A DNA stretch of 64,000 bases from Dehalococcoidia bacterium (lineage in GTDB: Bacteria; Chloroflexota; Dehalococcoidia; UBA2979). Under the pieces are notes generated by a model, which saw nothing but the letters and a program-made list of their open reading frames with translations, did not search any database and was not told where the DNA came from. A program made the position numbers and the translations under genes. Where the stretch lies: positions 556,141-620,140 of the forward strand of contig JAWKPL010000001.1 of assembly GCA_041390685.1 (NCBI GenBank), in the 5' to 3' direction. Below, piece by piece: positions 56,892 to 64,000 of this stretch. The stretch's first letter is position 1; each line of letters begins with the position of its first letter.

Positions 56892-57929
56892 GTGCCATCG
56901 CAGCCGCTGCACGTGAGTCTGATTGCGATTCCGGACGCGATGGCGTCCACGTTGACCGGGATCTACGACGCGCTGAGCAGCGTGGAACGGGTCGCGGAGT
57001 GGGCCGGAGTCGACCTCGGGGGGCCGCAATTCGAGGTGGAGCTCGTGGGCCTGGAGCGGAGCGAGGTGACGCTGGCCTCGGGGTTGCCGCTGCAGCCGCA
57101 TCGCTCGCTGGCGGAGGTGACACGGACCGACCTCGTGGTCGTGCCGTCGCTGCTCGCGCCGAACGGGGAGTGGGAGCCGGGGCGGTACCCGGCGCTGGTC
57201 GAGTGGTGCGTGGAGGCGTACGCGAACGGGGCGGCGCTGTGCTCGGCGTGTTCGGGGTTGCTGGTGCTCGCGGAGACGGGGCTCTTCGACGGGCACTCGT
57301 GCACGGTGCACTTCGGCTACGCGAACGAGTTTCGGCGACGGTTCCCCGCGGTCCCCGTGACACCGGAGCGGGTGCTGCTGGTGAGCGGCGAGGGAGAGCG
57401 GCTGATTACCTCGGGGGCGGCGACATCGTGGCACGACCTGGCGCTGTACCTAGTGGCGCGCTACGTGTCGCCGCTCGTGGCGCAGGCGGTAGCGCGGTTC
57501 TATGCGTTCCAGATGCACCCGGAGGGGCTTGCGCCGTTCGTCGTGTTCGAGGGACGGACGGACCACGGTGACTCGGCGATTGAGACAGCGCAGCGGTGGA
57601 TCGCCGACCATCTGGACGTGCCCGCGCCGGTGGAAGAGATGGCGCAGCGATCGGGACTGACGGAGCGCACGTTCAAGCGACGGTTCACGGAAGCGACGGG
57701 GCTCGCGCCGATCGCGTACGTGCAGCGACTGCGCGTCGAGCAGGCGAAGCGGATGCTGGAAGCCGACGATGCCGCCGTCGACGACATCGGTTGGCGGGTG
57801 GGGTACGAAGATGCGTCGTCGTTTCGGAGACTGTTCCGCAGGACGGTGGGGCTGACGCCGTCGGCGTATCGACGGCGGTTTCGGGTGCCGAGCTTCGAGG
57901 ACGAAACGGGGGCGACCGTGGTGAGGTAG
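56892..57929 (+). CDS. GlxA-family transcriptional regulator (DJ-1/PfpI domain + AraC HTH)
   Basis: N-terminal DJ-1-like domain with 'CSACSG' and C-terminal AraC HTH 'TFKRRFTEATGLAPIAYVQRLRVEQAKRML'. Confidence 0.8.
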   Translation: MPSQPLHVSLIAIPDAMASTLTGIYDALSSVERVAEWAGVDLGGPQFEVELVGLERSEVTLASGLPLQPHRSLAEVTRTDLVVVPSLLAPNGEWEPGRYPALVEWCVEAYANGAALCSACSGLLVLAETGLFDGHSCTVHFGYANEFRRRFPAVPVTPERVLLVSGEGERLITSGAATSWHDLALYLVARYVSPLVAQAVARFYAFQMHPEGLAPFVVFEGRTDHGDSAIETAQRWIADHLDVPAPVEEMAQRSGLTERTFKRRFTEATGLAPIAYVQRLRVEQAKRMLEADDAAVDDIGWRVGYEDASSFRRLFRRTVGLTPSAYRRRFRVPSFEDETGATVVR

Positions 57930-58012
57930 GTCAGCGGCGGATCCACCCGGCGAGCGGATGCGCGCAGCCGTGGAGCGCGTATGCTCGGGGACGGTCGTAC
58001 ACGCCTTGACGG

Positions 58013-59245
58013 GTGGAGGGAACGCGGGTGGGCGGGGCACGTCTGATCTTCGGGATGGCGGTGCTGTCGTTGCCGGCGATCGCGCTCCGGCTGACCGGGA
58101 CACATCTGGGCACGGTAGCTGACACATCGGTGTTCGGACTGGCGATCGTGGCGGCGGCGTTCCTCCTCGCGTGGGGGGCGGAAGCGGCCGAGGTCGACAT
58201 CTCGCAGGCGCTGGCGGTGGCGTTCGTGGCACTGATCGCCGTGCTGCCCGAGTACGCGGTGGACATGACGTTCGCGTGGAAAGCGGGCAACGACCCGGAG
58301 TTCGCGCCGTACGCGGTCGCGAACATGACAGGTGGCAACCGGCTGCTCATCGGCGCGGCGTGGCCGATGGTATTCCTGCTGTTCTGGTGGCGCGCGCGGC
58401 GGCACGTGATGCGCCTGGAGCACGGTCATGCGATCGAGATTGCGACGCTGGCGGTGGCGACGCTGTATTCGTTCACGATCCCGCTGAAAGGCGAGATCGC
58501 GCTGTACGACACGGTGATCCTCGCAGCGCTATTCATCGGGTACGTGTACATCATCGCGCGGGCACCGACTGAGGAGCCGGAGCTGATCGGGCCGGCGCGG
58601 ACGATCGGCACGCTGCCGATGTACCAGCGACGGGCGAGCATCGTGATCATGCTCGTCTACGCGGCGGGCGCGATCTTCGCCTCGGCGGAGCCGTTTGCGG
58701 AGGGTCTGGTGCACAGCGGCGTGCAGCTGGGGATCGACGAGTTCCTGCTGGTGCAGTGGCTGGCGCCGCTGGCATCGGAGGCGCCGGAGTTCCTGTTCGC
58801 GGGGATCCTGGCGAACCGCGGACGAGCCGGGGTGGCGATGGGGGCGCTGCTGTCCTCGAAGGTGAACCAGTGGACGCTGCTCATCGGTGGTCTACCGCTA
58901 GCGTACGCGATCTCGAAGGGGGGCTTCCACGGGCTGCCGCTGGACACGCGGCAGACGGAGGAGGTGTTCATCACCGCGGCACAGTCGGCGTTCGCGGTGG
59001 CGATCCTGGTCAGTCTAAGCATCAACCGGTGGGAGGCGATCCTCCTGTTCACGCTGTTCATGATCCAGTTCGTGATCCCGGTGGAATCGATCCGCATGGT
59101 GATCGCCGGGATCTACATGGTGCTCGCGATCACGATCCTGATCCGCGAGCGCGCGCACGTGGTGCACCTGCTGCGGCAGGCGCGGCGGACCATCGCCGGC
59201 GACCATACGGAGCTGGCGATGGAGGGCGCGACCGCGGAGCGCTAG
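58013..59245 (+). CDS. Ca2+/Na+ antiporter (CaCA family) membrane protein
   Basis: Two alpha-repeat-like regions ('GAEAAEV', 'LAPLASEAPEF') and about 10 TM segments. Confidence 0.65.
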   Translation: MEGTRVGGARLIFGMAVLSLPAIALRLTGTHLGTVADTSVFGLAIVAAAFLLAWGAEAAEVDISQALAVAFVALIAVLPEYAVDMTFAWKAGNDPEFAPYAVANMTGGNRLLIGAAWPMVFLLFWWRARRHVMRLEHGHAIEIATLAVATLYSFTIPLKGEIALYDTVILAALFIGYVYIIARAPTEEPELIGPARTIGTLPMYQRRASIVIMLVYAAGAIFASAEPFAEGLVHSGVQLGIDEFLLVQWLAPLASEAPEFLFAGILANRGRAGVAMGALLSSKVNQWTLLIGGLPLAYAISKGGFHGLPLDTRQTEEVFITAAQSAFAVAILVSLSINRWEAILLFTLFMIQFVIPVESIRMVIAGIYMVLAITILIRERAHVVHLLRQARRTIAGDHTELAMEGATAER

Positions 59246-60753
59246 CGGGGCATCCTGGCCGCCGGGGGGAGCCGGAGCAACTGGCCCGGGATGAGTTGCG
59301 CGTCATTCGCGGCGGCGAGCGCCTCGGCGGTGATGCCATACCTCGAGGCAACCGAGTATAGCGAGTCACCCTGCAGCACGAGGTGTTCCCGAGCGACCTC
59401 GCGAGGCGGGTGGAACTCGCGCGGCTGGCTGGACGGCGGGATACGAAGCACCTGTCCCACCTGGATGAAATCCGGGTTCGCAATGCCATTCGCCGCGATG
59501 ATGGCCTGCATCGAGACACCGAACCGTGCGGCGATACGACTGAGGATGTCCCCCGGCTGGACGGTATACGTTTGCTCCGCGGAGCCGCCGTCCTCCGCCG
59601 GCGCGGCCGGGGGCGTGGGCGGGGACTCGGGCGCGGGGGATTCCTCGAGTCCGGGGATGCGCAGGCGCATGCCGACAGGGACGAAATCCGGGTTGGCGAT
59701 GCCGTTCGCGGCGACGAGCGCGGCGATGGTGGTGCCGAAGCGGGCCGCGATGGCGCCCAGGCTGTCACCGGGCTGGACGACGTAGATCGCTCCGCCGCCG
59801 GATGGAACGGGTGGCGAACCCTGGAGCTGTCCGAAGACGGCGGCGGCTGAACGAATGAGCCCACCATAGAAGGCCGCCTGTCCGTTGCCGTTGTAGCCGG
59901 TCGCGAACGCCTCGTAATTGCGGACACGAAGCGCCTCGAGCATGGGGGACGTGTCGCCGTGACCGCGGATGAAGTCGAACATGCCGAGGATCTGGTAGCG
60001 GATGTCGCTGCTGAAGCGTTCGAACATCTCGTGCACGTTGTCGTAGCCGACGAGTGCATGGTTGAAGCCCATGATCTGGGCGATGCCCATGCTGATGGAG
60101 TAGAGTGCGGCCGCGTCATCGAGGCTACGGGCGAAGTCGAGCACCTCCCACTCGCCGGCCTGGCTGAGGTGGCAGGGCTCCCAGTCGCCGCCGGGTCGGC
60201 AGAAGAGGTGGCCCTGCCAGACGGTGCCGGGATCGAACTGGAAGTGAGCATCGAACTCGGCGGCGCGCTCGTGACCGAGGAAGCCGCGGAAGAGGTGGTT
60301 CTCGAAGCGGATGACCATGCGCCCGTCGGGGCCCGAACCGCGACCGCCGGACTCGGTGTACAGCACCGCGACGATCGCGGCGGGGTCGAGGCCAACGGTG
60401 CGGCAGAGAGCGTCGAGGAGGCCCCCATAGGCGTTCCAGGTCGCGGCGAGCGCGGCGCCGAGCTGGCCGAAGCCCGCGGCGTCGAGCCGGCGATCGGGTG
60501 GAGCCTCGAGGGAGACGGAGCGCAGTTCGTCGTGCTGCCAGAGGTAGTCAGTGACGAGGCCGCGGGAGGTAGCGCCCACGGAACGAGCAGCGACCCAGCC
60601 ACGGCCGAGGTGACATTCGACCTCGTACCAACCGTCGCGGTCGCGAAGGATGTCGACAGCGATGCCGCGATCGAGCGAGGCGGCAGGTCGTGTGTCGGCG
60701 GGTGCGGCGCGCAGCTCGGTAGGGATGATGACGACGGCGGTGCGGGCGGGCAT
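59242..60753 (-). CDS. Peptidoglycan hydrolase: SH3-like + N-acetylmuramidase (DUF3380-like) + 3x LysM
   Basis: Three LysM repeats ('YVVQPGDSLGAIAARFG', 'YTVQPGDILSRIAARFG', 'LVLQGDSLYSVASRYG') follow a muramidase-like core. Confidence 0.7.
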   Translation of the reverse strand: MPARTAVVIIPTELRAAPADTRPAASLDRGIAVDILRDRDGWYEVECHLGRGWVAARSVGATSRGLVTDYLWQHDELRSVSLEAPPDRRLDAAGFGQLGAALAATWNAYGGLLDALCRTVGLDPAAIVAVLYTESGGRGSGPDGRMVIRFENHLFRGFLGHERAAEFDAHFQFDPGTVWQGHLFCRPGGDWEPCHLSQAGEWEVLDFARSLDDAAALYSISMGIAQIMGFNHALVGYDNVHEMFERFSSDIRYQILGMFDFIRGHGDTSPMLEALRVRNYEAFATGYNGNGQAAFYGGLIRSAAAVFGQLQGSPPVPSGGGAIYVVQPGDSLGAIAARFGTTIAALVAANGIANPDFVPVGMRLRIPGLEESPAPESPPTPPAAPAEDGGSAEQTYTVQPGDILSRIAARFGVSMQAIIAANGIANPDFIQVGQVLRIPPSSQPREFHPPREVAREHLVLQGDSLYSVASRYGITAEALAAANDAQLIPGQLLRLPPAARMPR

Positions 60754-60898
60754 GGTGTGCTCCTGGTGCGATCCCGATTCGGGCGGTCGATCGGGCGGAT
60801 ATTAACAGCCGCGGCAGGGATCAGGGACGGCGAACTTGCACCTCGGGCGAGGTGGAACGAGCGGGCAAACGCACAGGGTTTCGTGGGACACTGGTTGC

Positions 60899-61345
60899 AT
60901 GGATACACGGATTCTCTACTGCCCTCGAGACGGCGCACGACTGACGGATGAGCGGTTACGCGGGATTCCGGTGGACCGATGCGAGACCTGCCGGGGATCG
61001 TGGCTCGACCCGCACGAGCTGGACCGGCTGGAGGCGACGGCGGCGAACGACGAAGTGCGACGCGGCATGGTGACGTACGCCGAACGCCCATCGGAGCTTG
61101 CGTGCCCGGTGTGCGCGCGCCCGATGACCGCGTTCAACTATCGGGCGCACAACCTGCAACTCGAGACGTGCGCCGAGCACGGATACTGGCTGGACGAGCA
61201 CGAGGACCGCGCGGTGCTGGACCTGATCCGGGAGCGGCAACGGGGCCTCGGGCGCGTGTCTTCCGCAGAGGCCGCCTGGGAGGCGACGCGTCGAGGTGGA
61301 GGCGGCGGGTTCGGCGACCGGCTGCGGCGGTTCTTCGGCAGATAG
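60899..61345 (+). CDS. TFIIB-type zinc-ribbon protein
   Basis: Two CxxC...CxxC ribbons: 'CPRDGARL...CETCRGSW' and 'CPVCARPM...CAEHGYW'. Confidence 0.6.
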   Translation: MDTRILYCPRDGARLTDERLRGIPVDRCETCRGSWLDPHELDRLEATAANDEVRRGMVTYAERPSELACPVCARPMTAFNYRAHNLQLETCAEHGYWLDEHEDRAVLDLIRERQRGLGRVSSAEAAWEATRRGGGGGFGDRLRRFFGR

Positions 61346-61542
61346 CCGTTACTCGGGCCGCGGCTGTGCGGCACGGTCGTGAGCCTTCACGGCAGAACCT
61401 CTGAGTCGCGGAATCAGGCACGCGAGTGGTGTCCCGACCCACGGGCCTCCTCGTGCGCTTAGCACGCGCATTACAACGACAGGGCCAGTTGTTGACCTCT
61501 CAGCGTCACGATGGAGATCAGTAGCACCGAAAGGCCGTCATT

Positions 61543-62346
61543 GTGACTGAGAGCGGGTCGTTCAAGGGGATGCTGTTCGGGCTGGTCGTGATCGTGTCGC
61601 TGCTAGCCGGCGGCGCACTGACGTTGACCTTCGCGGACAGCAGCGGCGGTGATGGGGGGGCAGGGACATCCGCCTCGACGGTGGAGGCAACGGCGACGGA
61701 CAGCCCCATCGCGATCGCGACGGTCGAGGGGCAAGGACTGCCGGGGCTCGTGGAGCGAGTATCGGACTCGGTCGTCACGATCCGGACGGCGGTTGGGACG
61801 GGGTTCCGGCAGGGAAGCGGGACCGGCACGGGCGTGGTGCTGAACAGGGACGGTCACATCGTGACCAACTACCACGTCGTCGAGAACGCGCGAGAGATCA
61901 CGGTGACCTTCCGGGACGGTACCGTGGCAACAGGCACGGTGGTCGAAAGCGACGAGCGCCAAGACCTGGCGGTGGTGCAAGTGTCGGTGCCGTCCAACGT
62001 GTTGTCACCAGCGACGTTCGCCGATTCGAGCGGCGTGCGTCCGGGCGACCCGGTGTTCGCCATCGGAAACCCGTTCGGATTGAACTTCACCGTGACCGCT
62101 GGGGTAGTGAGCGCGCTCGACCGGTCGTCGCCGTCGGGGACGGGTGGACTGAAGGGGATGATCCAGACAGACGCGGCGGTCAATCCCGGCAACTCCGGCG
62201 GACCGCTGTTCAACAGCGCGGGCGAGGTGATCGGGATCAACACATCGATCGAGAATCCCTCGGGAGCGACGGTCTTCGTCGGTGTCGGGTTCGCAATTGC
62301 CTCCAACACCGTGCGGGACTTCGCTTCGGAGTTCCTCTCGCGATAG
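61543..62346 (+). CDS. Trypsin-like (S1/HtrA-type) serine protease, membrane anchored, no PDZ domain
   Basis: Catalytic 'TNYHVV', 'DLAV', 'GNSGGPL'. Confidence 0.8.
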   Translation: MTESGSFKGMLFGLVVIVSLLAGGALTLTFADSSGGDGGAGTSASTVEATATDSPIAIATVEGQGLPGLVERVSDSVVTIRTAVGTGFRQGSGTGTGVVLNRDGHIVTNYHVVENAREITVTFRDGTVATGTVVESDERQDLAVVQVSVPSNVLSPATFADSSGVRPGDPVFAIGNPFGLNFTVTAGVVSALDRSSPSGTGGLKGMIQTDAAVNPGNSGGPLFNSAGEVIGINTSIENPSGATVFVGVGFAIASNTVRDFASEFLSR

Positions 62347-62429
62347 CTCACGCGTAGCAGGCGAACCAGCGTTCGATCCCGAGGAGCGATGGGTGGGACA
62401 ATCCACTTACTCCTCGGGATCGGATCAGG

Positions 62430-63524
62430 TTGATGCGCGTTATCGCCTCGGTCGTTGTAGTGACGGTTGCGCTGGCTTTGTCGGCGTTGACGGCGACCGC
62501 TCTGAGTCCGTATCCCGCGGGAAGCGTGGGATACGACATTTCGTTCCCGCAGTGCGGCGGGGCGCTGCCGGCGCAGCCGTACGCGTTTGGCATCGTGGGC
62601 GCGACGGGCGGGCGAGCGTTCACGCATAACCCGTGCCTGCGGGCGCAGTATAACTGGGCAGCGGCCAGCGGCCGTCCGCCTTCGGTCTACATCAACACCA
62701 AGTTCCCATCCGGGACGACGATCGGGCAACGAGACACGGGGCCCGCAGGCACGTGCGCGGCCACCGATACGAGATGCCAGGCGTACAACTACGGCTACAA
62801 GACGGCGCAGGACGCGGTCGCCTACGCGAAGACGCAGGGAGTGCTGGACGTCGCGACGTGGTGGCTGGACGTGGAGACCGAAAACACGTGGTCGGACGAC
62901 AAGGCGATGAACGCCGTGGTCCTCGAAGCGGCGATCGACTACCTCAAGACGATGAGCGCCTCGATCGGGATCTACTCGACGACATACCAGTGGTCGACCA
63001 TCGCTGGGACGTACTCGCCCGGGCTGCCGGTGTGGGTCGCCGGCGCCACGGATGTGACGCACGCGCACCAACTGTGCGCGACCGGATCGTTCGGGGGCGG
63101 CGAGGTGCAACTGGTGCAGTACCCGGCACCGCCGTTCTCGAAGAACCTCGTGTGCGGGGCGGCTCCGAGTCCGACAGCGACGCCGACCCCGGCGAGCACG
63201 GCCACCGCCACCACCACGGCCGCGGCGACGCCCGGGGCTACAGCGACCGCAACCGAGACGAGCACGGTGCAGGCGCTCACCGGGGGGACCGTCCCGGCTG
63301 ACGGCGGCTTCGGGCTTGCGGTGTACCGGGGCGGGGCGGTGGACGACCTCGTGACCTCGACCGGCTGCCCGGTGGAGACGATGGTGCTCTACTTCACGGT
63401 CAACGGATCGTTCGTGACGTTTATCCCGGGAACGTCGGTCGCGGCTGTGAACGCGTCGTTCCTGCTGACGTTCCCAGGCGGGTCGCTTCCGGAGCGCACA
63501 GGGTTCCTCGGGAAGTGCGTCTAG
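62430..63524 (+). CDS. Secreted DUF1906 (Rv2525c-like glycoside-hydrolase-like) protein with T/P/A linker and C-terminal domain
   Basis: Signal peptide, then 'GYDISFPQCG...AFGIVGATGG'. Low-complexity linker 'PSPTATPTPASTATATTTAAATPGATATATETS'. Confidence 0.6.
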   Translation: MMRVIASVVVVTVALALSALTATALSPYPAGSVGYDISFPQCGGALPAQPYAFGIVGATGGRAFTHNPCLRAQYNWAAASGRPPSVYINTKFPSGTTIGQRDTGPAGTCAATDTRCQAYNYGYKTAQDAVAYAKTQGVLDVATWWLDVETENTWSDDKAMNAVVLEAAIDYLKTMSASIGIYSTTYQWSTIAGTYSPGLPVWVAGATDVTHAHQLCATGSFGGGEVQLVQYPAPPFSKNLVCGAAPSPTATPTPASTATATTTAAATPGATATATETSTVQALTGGTVPADGGFGLAVYRGGAVDDLVTSTGCPVETMVLYFTVNGSFVTFIPGTSVAAVNASFLLTFPGGSLPERTGFLGKCV

Positions 63525-63605
63525 CCGCCCGCGCAGTAGCCCGACGCACCGCCCGTCCTCGATCAGGTCCGTGTTCGCGTCGGGCCCGGCCGTCCGCGTT
63601 GAGGG

Positions 63606-64000
63606 CTAGAGATCCGCGACCTGGGCGATGACGTCGCTCATGGCCCTGAGGACGCCAGGGTCCTGCACGTTGGCGATGGTGCCGATCGTCGTCTGCACGC
63701 CGGCCTCCGCGAAGCGGCCGATGGTGTCGACGAGTTCGGGGACCCGCTCGCCGGAGGCGCCGGGGTCCATGCGGAGCGTGATCGTGCGATGGATCTCGTC
63801 GTAGTTGCGGCCATCGGCTTCGCAGTGGCCGGCGAGGATCTCGAAGCGGCGGCGTACTTCCTCGGGTGAGTCGCCGCGGACGTTGCAGGCATCGCCGTAG
63901 CGGGCGACCAGGCGAAGGGTCTTCTTCTCGCCGCTGCCGGCGACGAGGATGGGCGGCCGCGGTTGCTGGAGTGGCTGCGGGACGCAGAGGGTCTCTTCGA
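63606..64000 (-). CDS. LLM-class F420-dependent oxidoreductase, 3' part only (gene continues beyond the window)
   Basis: The reverse-complement translation ends '...ILVAGSGEKKTLRLVARYGDACNVRGD...RMDPGASGERVPELVDTIGRFAEAGVQTTIGTIANVQDP...*'. This is not in the ATG-anchored ORF track. Confidence 0.6.
   Translation of the reverse strand, partial: EETLCVPQPLQQPRPPILVAGSGEKKTLRLVARYGDACNVRGDSPEEVRRRFEILAGHCEADGRNYDEIHRTITLRMDPGASGERVPELVDTIGRFAEAGVQTTIGTIANVQDPGVLRAMSDVIAQVADL

Noticed and set aside
55850-57571. 573-aa plus-strand ORF
   Set aside because: It is antisense to methyltransferase copy 2 and out of frame with GlxA. Composition is Gly/Arg/Asp-rich and low-complexity.
59130-61091. 653-aa minus-strand ORF
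   Set aside because: It is an off-frame Ser/Pro/Arg-rich translation overlapping the muramidase and the Zn-ribbon gene.

Overview
This is a high-GC (~70%) bacterial chromosomal window that looks like Actinobacteria or Chloroflexi: F420/LLM oxidoreductases, frequent GTG/TTG starts, and GC3-biased codons. I support about 55 genes and one tRNA-Gly(CCC). No rRNA, CRISPR array or obvious transposase/integrase is present.

Gene content, 5' to 3':
- A flavin amine oxidase divergent from an orphan xanthine-dehydrogenase/CoxL-like molybdopterin subunit. A second paralogous orphan copy sits at 53.3 kb.
- A minus-strand thiol-disulfide and cytochrome c island from 4.5 to 13 kb. It holds Lgt, a cytochrome c lipoprotein, a Crp regulator, four different thioredoxin-fold CxxC proteins, and two CcdA paralogs whose halves appear circularly permuted relative to canonical CcdA.
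- Two paralogous MFS transporters, two large LuxR/MalT-type STAND regulators, and two paralogous SAM methyltransferases.
- A secreted lipase, a ZnuA-like metal-binding protein, and directly downstream of it a secreted His-motif tandem-repeat protein with a sortase-like C-terminal tail.
- A complete Dpp/Opp-type peptide ABC importer followed by an AtzG/GatC-like small ORF and an amidase.
- An orphan LivJ-like binding protein, a DUF2203 gene frameshifted by an 8-bp tandem duplication, and a thiolase/DUF35 pair.
- DUF4386, an MDR oxidoreductase with an extra N-terminal domain, an F420-type LLM oxidoreductase, MscS, a metallopeptidase, Ppx/GppA, ArgS, and a two-component system.
- A GlxA regulator, a Ca/Na antiporter, and a cell-wall cluster (SH3-muramidase-LysM, S1 protease, DUF1906).
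- A partial LLM oxidoreductase at the 3' end.

Several strong intergenic hairpins, including a perfect 34-bp palindrome, sit between convergent genes. All protein family calls come from reading the supplied translations; start codons were refined by frame arithmetic plus a local check for a ribosome-binding site.
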